From: Trypanosoma brucei
Lineage: Eukaryota
Reading direction: 5' to 3'
Length of the DNA: 64,000 nt
NCBI GenBank assembly: GCA_000002445.1
Contig: CH464491.1
Location: 2,880,001 to 2,944,000 of the forward strand
The position numbers were made by a program, and so were the translations under genes. Under the pieces are notes generated by a model. The model was given only the letters and a program-made list of their open reading frames with translations. It was not told the origin of the DNA and ran no database searches. Every line of letters starts with the position of its first letter. The stretch's first letter is position 1. Shown piece by piece: positions 1 through 10,800 of the stretch.

Positions 1-300
1 AGGTCCGACGGAAGTGCAGCGCTATTGTTCTGTTCATTTAACATGGTGTGCTTCCTCACTCGATGGTGATACCACGGGGCCTTACTGGCGGTATCTCAAA
101 GATCGCAAGTCGTCCAGGTTACTTGGAGGTCTGTGTTTGCAGGAGTACCTCTGAGACTGGAGGTCAATTGCGTAAATCTAAACTTCTCGTGGTCCTTTGA
201 GTCGCTTGAACAAACACGAATATACTTGGGCAACCGATCTGCCTGGGCTCCTGTGCACTCTCGTACAATCACTCTGTTTTTCCTCTTACTTGTGTGTGTG

Positions 301-313
301 GGGGGGGGGGGGC
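301..313 (+). repeat. (GT)n followed by a G13 homopolymer tract
   Basis: The sequence tgtgtgtgtggggggggggggg sits in a 5' intergenic or UTR region. Confidence 0.5.
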
Positions 314-435
314 AGGCACAGATAAGGTAAAGTGCATCTATATCGCCTCCACCACGCGCTGTGTCGGTGGAAATAAGCATAACTAAACAGATACATATAT
401 ATATATATAGGTGAAGTACAAGAAAGGCGTTGACG

Positions 436-957
436 ATGTCGAAGTACGTGAATTTAGACTCTCTGATGGGAAAAACGACGAGCGTACCTATGACAAACTT
501 TGAGATTAGTGGAATGGTCCAAATGGAACAAGAGGGCGTGATGGAAGACAACAGTTTGTTTCCCTCTTTGTCCTTCAAGGAACGAGTGTCCGGCTACATC
601 ATAGCGTTCATAGTTAGTTTTCTTCTCTCTACCATGTCTTGGATTGCCCTCCCACACTCGCTGCGGAAATATGCTGCATTGAACACTATGGCGAATATTG
701 TGTCCGTAGGTGGAACAATGTTCCTCTGTGGCCCTTCTGCACAGCTCAAGCGTATGTTTGATGAAACTCGCAGGGGGGCCACCACCGTGTACCTCACGTC
801 ACTGCTAATGACATTAATCTCCGCGCTGATTCTGAAATTTGTATTGTTGACAGTGCTACTCATGTTGGCGCAGTATCTAGCTATGATATGGTACACGCTC
901 AGCTACGTACCATTCGGTCGCTCTGCAGTCCTAAAGGTGCTTTCACGTTTTACGTGA
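436..957 (+). CDS. SFT2-family vesicle transport protein (four transmembrane segments)
   Basis: The track ORF 430..957 starts at TTG; the first ATG is at 436. Translation matches SFT2D proteins along their whole length, including the motifs SGYIIAFIVSFLLS, NIVSVGGTMFLCGP..QLKRMFDETRRGAT and WYTLSYVPFGRSAV. It has a hydrophilic N-terminus followed by four hydrophobic segments. Confidence 0.8.
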   Translation: MSKYVNLDSLMGKTTSVPMTNFEISGMVQMEQEGVMEDNSLFPSLSFKERVSGYIIAFIVSFLLSTMSWIALPHSLRKYAALNTMANIVSVGGTMFLCGPSAQLKRMFDETRRGATTVYLTSLLMTLISALILKFVLLTVLLMLAQYLAMIWYTLSYVPFGRSAVLKVLSRFT

Positions 958-1146
958 GCAGGGCGTCAAGATTTGTGAGCTGAGGGGGGGGACTGGAGGT
1001 GCATCATCTTTCTTCCCAACGTCGTGTATCTGAGGAGAATGGAGCAAATGAGGAACCACGACGGGGGGGGGCGGGCACCCGTGTCCAACTGCAGCGTTTG
1101 AAACTACTGTTAATAATCTGGTGGGGCAAGCGCTTCTGGAAGCTCA

Positions 1147-1200
1147 GTGATGGTTGTGTGCTTCATTTTCTTTGTTTTTGCTTGCTTTGAGCGCGTGGTG
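1147..1200 (+). promoter_or_regulatory. polypyrimidine tract between the SFT2 gene and the M1P-isomerase gene
   Basis: The sequence tgcttcattttctttgtttttgcttgctttg lies about 180 bp 5' of the ATG at 1372. Confidence 0.3.
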
Positions 1201-1371
1201 TGCGCTAATAATGTCGTCATCCTTTGGTCCTATTACCCTCCCGTTGGTGAGGGGTGGCCCGCTACCCTTAACAACACTAGTTTCCAAATTGTGCTCCACC
1301 ACACATTGCACATTCCAGTGGATATCACAAAAGCTACCGTGCCTTTTTGTTCGTAGGGGTCGATAGAGGCG

Positions 1372-2532
1372 ATGAGCAGTGCGCACAACACTCTGGAGTC
1401 AATCAAGTATCGTCGGGGAGTGCTACAGCTGCTCGACCAGCGTCGACTTCCACTGGAAACAGTATACTGCGACATAACCAGTATTGACGACATATGTTGC
1501 GCCATTAAGGAGATGCGTGTTCGTGGTGCGCCCGCCATAGCTGTCAGCGCCGCCCTTGCACTTGCTGTGGTAGCAGAGCGGGAACTAAAGGAGCAGCGGC
1601 AAAACTCGGTGTGGAAAACCGCTGACGATATGCGGCAGTTTTTGCTGATGAGCTGTGACAAAATGATGTCTGCCCGTCCTACTGCGGTTAATCTATCAAA
1701 GGTGCTCATTCAATTGAAGAAAGATATTGAAACGGACAAGGCTAATACGATGGAAGCCGTGTTAGAGACTTGTGTTCAACTTGCCGAAAAAATATACGCC
1801 GCCGATGTTTCCTTCAATGAGAGAATTATGCGCCACGGTGCTGCCCACCTGTTGAAACTGGCGTCAAAAGAACGGGTGAACATTTTAACCATATGCAACA
1901 CGGGGGCCCTTGCCACATCCCGCTATGGGACCGCTCTTGGCATTGTGCGGCAGCTCTTCTACGAGGGTCACCTGCAGCATCTGTATGCCTGCGAGACGCG
2001 GCCGTGGAATCAGGGGGCGAGGCTCACCGTCTACGAATGCGTACAAGAAAATATTCCATGCACACTCATCTGCGACAGCGCCGTTTCGGCCGTCATGAAA
2101 ACGCACGACATCGACGCTGTTGTTGTGGGAGCCGACCGCATATGCAAAAACGGCGATACAGCAAATAAGATTGGCACGTACAACCTTGCGGTAGCGGCAG
2201 CATATCACAAGGTGCCCTTTTTTGTCGCAGCGCCTTCTACAACACTCGATCCGCTAACACCAGATGGTGAAGGGGTTGTCATCGAGGAGCGGGAAGCGAC
2301 GGAAATAACACATATCGCCAGCGGTGGCGGGGGCCTACAGAGTGACAAAAGCAATTCCGATTACGGGAGGAAGCGTGTGGTGGCAGACGGGCCCCATCTG
2401 AAAGTGTGGAATCCCGTGTTTGACATCACCCCCGCCTCTCTCATCACTGGAGGTATTATCACAGAGCACGGTGTCTTTCCCCCTGCCACAGCGGGTCCGC
2501 TCTTTGACATATCCCGTATTGTTGAGCCTTGA
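1372..2532 (+). CDS. methylthioribose-1-phosphate isomerase (eIF-2B alpha/beta/delta-like family, methionine salvage)
   Basis: 386 aa with an ATG start. The N-terminus [15 protein letters not shown] and the central block [21 protein letters not shown], followed by CETRP and [21 protein letters not shown], match the M1Pi/MtnA family. Confidence 0.85.
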   Translation: MSSAHNTLESIKYRRGVLQLLDQRRLPLETVYCDITSIDDICCAIKEMRVRGAPAIAVSAALALAVVAERELKEQRQNSVWKTADDMRQFLLMSCDKMMSARPTAVNLSKVLIQLKKDIETDKANTMEAVLETCVQLAEKIYAADVSFNERIMRHGAAHLLKLASKERVNILTICNTGALATSRYGTALGIVRQLFYEGHLQHLYACETRPWNQGARLTVYECVQENIPCTLICDSAVSAVMKTHDIDAVVVGADRICKNGDTANKIGTYNLAVAAAYHKVPFFVAAPSTTLDPLTPDGEGVVIEEREATEITHIASGGGGLQSDKSNSDYGRKRVVADGPHLKVWNPVFDITPASLITGGIITEHGVFPPATAGPLFDISRIVEP

Positions 2533-3271
2533 GTTTTGGTGCTTGTGAGATGACGTTTGTGCGGTGGAGGAGTCAACTTGGGGCCAAATGGTGCGGTAAA
2601 TTAACCATCAAAGGACACGTATTATTTAGTGGTAACTGGGACCGGGCAAGACGTATGTCGTGGCGCCCACTGCGCCCCGCAGTTTTGGTCGTCGCGCCTG
2701 CGAAAAGATCGTTAGTGGAGTGTGTGTGATGCGGACACCTCAGTCAGGAAGAGGTGTATTGGAAAGGGGTGGAAAGATGCCGCAAAGCCTGCTGCGTCAG
2801 GGAACGCACTCATTCTTCACCTTTATTTGTCTTGGAGTATTAATAATTCTAAAGTTCCGATTTTTTAAAGTTTTTTCTGCGCGGTTAGCTGCAGAGAATG
2901 GGGGGTTGGGAAAGGTTTGCCTTTACACCACCCGCCAGTGCTAGCTAGGACAAAACTGGTGGTGTGTGTTCTCGCATAATGTATTTTCGGGGTTTGTTAT
3001 TCTCCCCTCTCACCCAACTCTACGGCCTCAATCTTCCACACTCTCCACCCCGTGACAAAACATTCCATGCTCTTCTCAACAGGTGTTCTTCAAGCGCGAC
3101 AAAGTGGGGGAAAACGTGTCGCCTGCTCAGAGAAATACATACACGCACAAGGAAGAAGAATCTCTCTCACAGTGCCTGCAGGTGTCGCGTGGCGGTGAGC
3201 TCACGGGAACCCCTGCCTCCAGAAGGGAAAAGCCACCGCAAGGACGGTGATATTTTACTAAAGTTCTTCCA

Positions 3272-4753
3272 ATGACTCTTGAACACAATGATGAGTTCGC
3301 TACAGAAGGAGCAATGCATTCTGTTGACGATCCAGCGACGACTTCCAGTAACGGCAACACACATAGGAAACCTGTGGAGCTGAGTAGCAACGCCGTTCAC
3401 GGAAAAGCGAGCGGCGCCGACGTTTTGGATGGCAATGCAAGCGCTTCGACTGACGGTAGGACCAAGCCGCTCAACTCAGGACCCACGCGTGAGGCAGTAG
3501 ATGACGTCATGATGGACGAGTGTCGCCGATGGGTCGCGGACGTTGTGGGCGATGCGTACAATGCCGAAGTGCTCCAGAAGGAAAATTTTGTGGATTCCCT
3601 GCGAAGTGGAGTGGTGTTGCTGGTGTTGCTGCAGAAGCTTGACGACCCCCCAGTACCCGATTCGGAGCTCCGCGTACCGAAGCGAGTTGATGGTTTTTTT
3701 GCCCGTGACAATGTCGCGAAGTTCCTGCGGCAGGCCGCAAAGAAGTTCAACCTAACGGAAATAGAGTTGTTCACTGATTCAGACCTGTGTGATGGGAAGA
3801 ACGACCGGGCTGTTATTACGTGTCTCCTTTCAATCGCGCGCACAGCCTACAGTCGCGGTAATATGGAGGTCGCTCCGGCGAGCATAGTCCAACAACAGGA
3901 GTTGAGCGTAAGAATAAAGCAGGCGGCGCTGAATCAGCTAAGGAAACATCTGGCAGAAGAAGGGGAAGAGGATGGCAAGGGTGAGATTTCAAAAAAGTTG
4001 GAACCTGTGGCACAGGAAGAAGTGTCTCACACACCGTGCGAAAACATACCAGAAAGTGGTGAGCCCATGAAGGAAATTAAAAACGAGGTGGACGTGGAGG
4101 CAGTGGTCAACGAGTCACTTGCTGATACAGAAGATTATCGGTCGGTGGAGGAAAGTGAAGAGGCAGACTTGCCCGATGTGCCCCAGCACGGGGAACAAAT
4201 GAGAGTTGGTGAAGTGGCGGACGATGACAAAAGTAGGCCCTCAGGTACATACGAAACGACAACAAGACATGCACCAGTTCGCGTACGGATTGAGGGCAGG
4301 GCCTCAGACACTATAAAGCTGCCACAACACCGCACGATTCGCGCCACAAAAGAGTCACAAGGCGTTGCGATAACCCCCGTGCCCCATCAGGTGGAACAAG
4401 AAGTGAATGCCCCGCAACCCAGGGGAATGGAGACCCAGAGGCACGGTCCCACAGCACCCCCGGCATATCGGCCGCGGCGTTGGGACAAAGTAGATATACT
4501 TCTAAGTGTAGTTGTCAATGCCCACTTCACTCAGCATCCGGATACCAACATTCGCTTCCGCAGACTCTCAGGGAACACCGGTGAGTATATGGTCTTCCAC
4601 AAGGTCACAGGCGGAAAAAAACTTTTACACGCACGTACAGAGCTTGGGAAGGTTGTGGTTGGTGAGCAGAGGAAAAAAGGTAATATAGAAGATCTCGTGT
4701 GGACGGATCTTTCGCACTGGTTGGAGCGGCATGAGCGTGACTTCTCTAACTGA
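3272..4753 (+). CDS. hypothetical protein with an N-terminal calponin-homology (CH)-like domain and an acidic C-terminal half
   Basis: 493 aa with an ATG start. The segment ECRRWVADVVGDAY..ENFVDSLRSGVVLLVLLQKL..RDNVAKFLRQAAKKFNLTEIELFTDSDL..AVITCLLSIA resembles a CH domain. The remainder is charged and low-complexity. Confidence 0.5.
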   Translation: MTLEHNDEFATEGAMHSVDDPATTSSNGNTHRKPVELSSNAVHGKASGADVLDGNASASTDGRTKPLNSGPTREAVDDVMMDECRRWVADVVGDAYNAEVLQKENFVDSLRSGVVLLVLLQKLDDPPVPDSELRVPKRVDGFFARDNVAKFLRQAAKKFNLTEIELFTDSDLCDGKNDRAVITCLLSIARTAYSRGNMEVAPASIVQQQELSVRIKQAALNQLRKHLAEEGEEDGKGEISKKLEPVAQEEVSHTPCENIPESGEPMKEIKNEVDVEAVVNESLADTEDYRSVEESEEADLPDVPQHGEQMRVGEVADDDKSRPSGTYETTTRHAPVRVRIEGRASDTIKLPQHRTIRATKESQGVAITPVPHQVEQEVNAPQPRGMETQRHGPTAPPAYRPRRWDKVDILLSVVVNAHFTQHPDTNIRFRRLSGNTGEYMVFHKVTGGKKLLHARTELGKVVVGEQRKKGNIEDLVWTDLSHWLERHERDFSN

Positions 4754-5860
4754 TGACGTGTCGATAGGTAAAGAGGTGTGCACTTCCCCGTACACACGAG
4801 AGGCCGCCGCACACGGGTTGTATGTTGGATGGGTTAGATACTTACAGATATGTGTGTGTATGAACAGGCTTGTGACCGCACCTTTTCTCCTTTTGGTTTT
4901 CCACACTCAATGTCAGTGTGAAAAATTTGGGCATACTTGCGTCCTAGCTTGTCACCGCACTGCATCCGGGTTAATATGGTGCATGCACAAACATTCATAA
5001 AAGCTCAGTAGCGATCTCACAACTGCGGTCTACGCGACTAACTATTCGATGCATCCAGTACGATTCGTCATCGTTCATTGTATGTCAGTACAATATAGTA
5101 CAAAAGAGGGAACGGGAGGTAATGAAGGGGGGGAGGAGTGTAACCCCTTGAGAACTTTTGCTATTCGACTTGGTTGAGTCTGGCGAGCAGAAGGAAGAAA
5201 GAAAAGATTGTGTATTAACTGCAAGTTGGCGCGGCGTAAATTGTTGGCAAGTTAGGGAGAGGAGGGATAATTTCAAGTGCTGCCACAGGTTTTGAGTTCA
5301 CTCTTCTTTTTACTCCGGTTTCTTCCCCGGGGACATCCCTTAATTTTCGTTTCTGTTTATTCGTTCGAGTCGTTTTAACGTAGGAACTTGTGGGAACGAA
5401 CTGGCGTCAGCAGGGAGGTGGCGACATGCTCCTGTGGTTCCTTCGCCTGTCGCGAAAAAAGAAAAATGGCTGGGTGGGGTGACAAAATCAGCAGCGAAGG
5501 GAAAGGGGAACAGGTAGTTTTCTTACGGTGCGGCTCTCACCGTAAAATCTTAGACTATTTTCCATTTTCTCCTTGCTTTTTTTATGTCTTTGATAACATA
5601 ATCCGGCTAGTGCTCTCACAGCGAGGATATCTGAGTAGTTTCTCCGGCTTACATTAGTATGTATGTGGACATGTGCACATTTTTTCTGGTTGTTTCTTAC
5701 CCCATTTCCCTGTTTTTCCCATCGTGTACGGACGTAAATATTATTGGCTGAGGGTCGAAAAGGCTGTTTACGATATTTCAGAAGTAGCACCGGTTGTAGC
5801 GGTTAGCATCGCCACACGCGCAGTTAATATACATCCATATTCAAAAAGGGAAGGGAAAAA

Positions 5861-6907
5861 ATGCCTTTACCGCCTGTTGAGGACGCCCCGAACTCAATGG
5901 CACGCCGCCATTACCTCGTGGAACGCAATCGTCTACGCGTAAAGAAGTACGAGCCTACGCGACAGGCGTTTGAGGAGGAGACCGTTAAGCTTTCAAAGCA
6001 GAGGGTGGAGCAAAGGGTGGCAATGCTGAACAGCTGGAAGAGTTCCGTTCCTCTCCACACCGACACGACCCGCCCACTTCCTGGTGCCGCACGGCGCCAG
6101 AAAGAGAAGGATGAGCCGGCGGCGAAGCACATAAACCTCCAAATTTTGGATGAGGATGCAGCACTGAAGCGGGAGCGCAGGGCTTTGCTGAGGGCCGATA
6201 TTTTGCAGCAGAAGAAGGACCGGGAGGAATACCTCGCCAAGTGGAGAGCAAACGAAAAGGCGTACGACAGCGCGCTCCTAGCAACCAACGCTGAGTTCGC
6301 CCGCCAGATGCAGGAGCAGGAGCGCCAAGCTGCGGTGGCCACGAAACAATACATGGACATGATGCGTGCCAGCAACCTGAAGGAGCTGGAAGCGAAAAGG
6401 GCAAAGCAAAGAGAAAAAGAAGAGGCTGATGTCGCTGCTCTTCGCACAATGCAGGAGAATCTAAGGCTGAAGATGGAGGCCGACGAACGCAGGGCTAAGG
6501 ATATGAAGCGCCTTATGCAAATAGAAAACGAGGAGAATCACTCGCTCTTCAAGAAAAAGCAGGCGGAGGACAAAGCACGTGAGGATGCTTGGATCCGGAC
6601 CATGATGGAGCACAACGCTGCCCTTGCGGAGCGCGAAAGGCGGGAGGCCGAACAGAAGCGTCAACAGTTCAAGGCGGACTTTGAGGACACCATCGCAAAG
6701 CAGAAGGAGTTCCGCCGCACCCATGACTACGACGAGCCGCAAGAGTTAATCCGCAAGCGAAACGAAGAAGCCGCAGCCTCTGCGGTACTCATCAGGCAGG
6801 AAGAGCGCCTCCGCAACAACGAGCAGCGGAAGCAATACCGTGAAGAGCTCATGAAGCAAATGCGCGAGAAATACGAATGGCAACTGAGCCACTTAGATGG
6901 TGTGTGA
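5861..6907 (+). CDS. charged coiled-coil protein (hypothetical)
   Basis: 348-aa ORF with an ATG start, preceded by a polypyrimidine tract. It is very rich in E/K/R/Q with heptad-like spacing, for example ERRAKDMKRLMQIENEENHSLFKKKQAEDKARED. No enzymatic motif was seen. Confidence 0.45.
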   Translation: MPLPPVEDAPNSMARRHYLVERNRLRVKKYEPTRQAFEEETVKLSKQRVEQRVAMLNSWKSSVPLHTDTTRPLPGAARRQKEKDEPAAKHINLQILDEDAALKRERRALLRADILQQKKDREEYLAKWRANEKAYDSALLATNAEFARQMQEQERQAAVATKQYMDMMRASNLKELEAKRAKQREKEEADVAALRTMQENLRLKMEADERRAKDMKRLMQIENEENHSLFKKKQAEDKAREDAWIRTMMEHNAALAERERREAEQKRQQFKADFEDTIAKQKEFRRTHDYDEPQELIRKRNEEAAASAVLIRQEERLRNNEQRKQYREELMKQMREKYEWQLSHLDGV

Positions 6908-7870
6908 GTGAGCCCGGAGGGGCACATGCAGATGTACTGCCCTGGCCAAGCCTCCCACGCGCGTGTTCCCCTTACGTTGTGGTCCCAGTGACCCCTTGTT
7001 TTCACTCACTTCCCCCCTCTGATGTTTGTTCTTTTTTCGTTTGTTTGGTGTACTTTTCGTTCACACATATGTATTTACTATAACACAGGTGCGGAAACCC
7101 CCAAAGGAGGGGAAGGGGTTGATTCTCGGGGCTTCGTGCAACTACGCAAACTAACGACGTGTCACCTCCTGCTCAATTCCTTCGCAACTTTTCACTCGAC
7201 AAGGAAAGACGGGCACGGTAACGCTTTTTTGATGGGCGAGACGTGTGGGCTAAAACTTGAAGATTGAAAGGGGAAAGCAAGTTTATCTCCCAACTAAATG
7301 CAACTTGCCCCCAATGAATGCGTATGTAGAAATTGGAGAAAGTGGCTAGAGGAAGAGTGAGAAAGGGGAATGAAGCAAAAGAAAAGAGGGGCAAGGGGAA
7401 ATTGTCACACGTTGGGGTTGCGTATATGTAATCAGACGCGTTGTAGAAGTCATAGCCTTGAAATAGTTGTGTATGTACTTAAATCTCGCTAGAAAAGGAG
7501 CTTAATTTTTTTTCAGAAAAGAAAAAAAAGGGACTGCAGCAGCGCTAGTCACCGTAGCAAATTGTTTCCCGGGCACGAGAGCGGTCCGACAGCTGTCATT
7601 GTTTTCCCTTGTGTGTATATACCTTTTCCAAGCGTCTCTGATCGACTGGCGCTTCACCATCATGAACCCTACTTTCCGCTTTCCTTCTTGGATTCGCATT
7701 CACTGTCTCGTCTGGGTGTGAGAGCAGAGAGCGCATCTGAAAGAGAATAAAATACATAAGCCGCGTCACCTAAAGGTCCGCGGCAGAACATTTTATGCGT
7801 AACACCCTTAGGAGTGAAATCAGAAGAGAAGGAAAGGGGCATTAACCAGTTTACCAAGCAAAAGGAAGCG

Positions 7871-10800
7871 ATGGAGACAGATGACGACTTGTTCGCCGAA
7901 CTGCTCGCCGCCGAAATGGAAAGGACGAACGTACTCGCAGTTGAGAACTGTGGGTTTGTCCTCCAAAGCGGGGCAATGAATTCTGCTCCCGATCCGGCAG
8001 ACACGAATAGGATTGGAGGAACTGGTCAACTGGTGCCCCAACGGTTGAGAGTGGACTTATCGTCTCCCCCTCACGGTGCGTTGTCGCGGGTTACGAGATC
8101 TGGTGGGAAGGACAGTAATGTCGGCACGAGGCAGTGGGAAGCAAAGGATACAAACGAACTGTTGTCCTCGTACACCACGAAGGGAAGCGGTTGCCACAAA
8201 GAGACGTGCGCGTGGAGAAGGGCGACGTACCTTTCAGACACAGGAGGAAACGAAGACGAGTTGCTCATAGAAACCCTACTACAGCTTGCGAATGAAAAGA
8301 TCTCATCATCTGCTGAACGGGAAAGTGGGGTGCAACCGCCTTCGGTCTTTATGGGTGTCACCTCTGCGGCAAGTACGAAGGGCAGCGGCCAAGTGGTCCC
8401 GGCGTCCTCTGCAGACCCGCTGGATGACGCAGTGTTTTGGGCTGCGCTTCCAAGCGGGCCGCCCGCAACTACTGCCGGAGTTGCATCAACCTCTGCGCAA
8501 TCAATCGGAATGGGTGCAGGACCAAGGAGCGCCTCGTCTATCGCACCTCAAAATGGACATTGTCAAGAAAACGACGCACAAGTGCTTACCGCTGTATTGG
8601 ATGCCCTCGCCGATGGCCAGTCCAGCGTTAGCGGTGACTTTCTAAGTGAAGAGGACTGCAACATGGATGAATTGCTGGAGCGCGCAGAGCACGTCGCTGC
8701 CTCGGCAATCCGTGTAGAAGGGAAAAAGGGAGTCCGCCTGGTGCGTATCCACGAGCACGTGGGTATGCGGGAGGAGCTTCATGGAAACAGAGAAATCGTG
8801 GGATGGCCTTCCTGCGTGTGCGCTCGCCCCTCTCCTTTCGACAAAAACGCCCAGGAGTGCACCAAAACCGTCTCGCCACCTGCACCGAGAAGAGTGACAC
8901 TGTGTGTTGGAACTACGCTAGGCTTTGTTTTGCTTTTCGACGAAAGGCGCCGACCCATCGGTAAATTCGGTCCGCCAAACTCCATACTTACCACTCTATC
9001 AAAACCACTAGGGGCTGTCGTCTCAATTTCGTTGTCTCACGAGGCGTCGACGATGGCAGTGGGCTATCAGCATGGCACCGTTAAGATGGTAGAAGCGAGC
9101 TCGCTATCTACGCTTCGTGAAGTTACCGATGAATTCACCACTCCAATCATCCGATTACGTCATTGCCAGGAGGAGGCCTTTCGGATTCTTGCGTTGGGAA
9201 GTTGTGGCAGTATCAAACTGCTCTCCTTCTCGCGCGTTTTGGGCATGATGAGTCACCGTGTGGTGAAAGTTGCTTCTCCCGGAGGAAGCGCACCTTTCAG
9301 CGATGTGGACCTTGTATTTATGAAGGAGGACAGAGTTCACGTCGTGGCTGCAGCTTCATTTGAAGTATTAGTTGTCCTTGCAGTGGACTGCGGAGCACAA
9401 GGTGTCGTTACGCCACTATATAAACGAAAGCAACAAACAAAAGGCACTAGGCACCATTTACAACTTCAGTTTGTACCAGTGCCACTGGAGCACGAGCTTC
9501 TTCTTTGCCTCGTGCAGAACACGGATGTGGAAGTGTTTAGGGTGGCGAATGGTGGCGTTGTGACAGACGTGCAGAAAATCACAGGCGCGCGTCTTGAAAG
9601 GTCACTGCGCGCAATGACTCACATGGATAGTTGTTGTCTTTTCCTTGATGAAGACAACTTCCTACACCTTTTTGACGTCAGCGCAGGTGTCGTTGTGGAG
9701 TCCCAGCAAATGCACGAATTGGAACCAGCGTATTTTTCCACCGATGGCCGTACGAATCGCTGCAATGCAGCACTTACGTGTAGCGGAAGAAATGCCCTCA
9801 TTTTGGGGCGGACCACCGCCTTCAGCTGCACGTTGATGTCATGGTGGGAGCGCCTAGACGACTTAGTTAGCAAAAATAGGTTCCTCGAAGCACTGGATCA
9901 GCTAAAGGACTTCGCTCTCAATGTCGCCCTTGCCGTCTCGGGTCTGGAAAGTGACCCAGTGGCGCGTCGCACTAGCATTCATGCCTACCTTTCCATACTT
10001 GCTAATAAGTTCCTCGCGTACATCTTGAAGACAGCGAATTCCACGTCTTTTATTGTTGGGAGTATCACTTGCCTTATTAAAGCCTGTGCAGATGTTGATG
10101 CAATGCATGTGTTTTTTGACTCCTCAATGGTGTACCTGCGTGATGCCAAAGGCAGCGGTGCGCTCGCACTCTACGCTCTTGGGCACTGCATCAATTCGGG
10201 GGTGGTGACCTTCCTGCCGGAAGCCTACGTAGAGCCTCTTTTTACTCTTCTCGCGGACGATGAATCGGATATTGCGTTGGAGGTATTGCACACACTAACC
10301 ACACAGGGGGAGGGGGAACCCCTTCATGGAGTGTCGCGAGCGGAACGGGTGCTGATGAAGCTGGAAGGGGGTCACGAGTGTCTTTTGCCCCTCTCCGAGA
10401 AGTACAACTTGGTTCGTCTAAAGGTTTTCATTCTCTGTCGCTGGCACCATGGATATGCAGATGCGCTCCAGTACGCCCTGAGAGAGTGGCGCCGCGTGAA
10501 CAAAGTTAACGGAAGGGACAATGAGGTAGCAGTTGACCTTTTTGAGTGCACTATGAGAGGGGCCACCGTCATGGATGGCGTTCATATTCCCGAGCAGTGC
10601 TGGCGTGAGGCAAAGGGGCAAATGTGGAGGCACCTGCTTAACACACCAGGTGAGTTCGAAACGCTTCTTCGTGTAAATGCTGAGCGTGTTGTGATGGTTA
10701 CGCTGCCCATTTTGCAGGAAAGTGGACCATATTCGCCATGGAGTAATCCAGAGGAGCGAGACGACTGCGCCGCCCAGCTTCTTTTACACCTCGCTGGGGT

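Noticed and set aside
96-1709. Short ORFs at the 5' end (96..578 -, 133..330 +, 1233..1709 -, 1144..1386 -)
   Set aside because: They overlap real + strand genes antisense or lie in UTR-like sequence with homopolymer tracts, and have no domain similarity.
5911-6449. Minus-strand ORFs 5911..6447 and 5985..6449 inside the coiled-coil gene
   Set aside because: They are antisense to a charged coiled-coil CDS with GAG/AAG-rich codons, a known source of spurious open antisense frames, and are Ser/Ala/Arg low-complexity.
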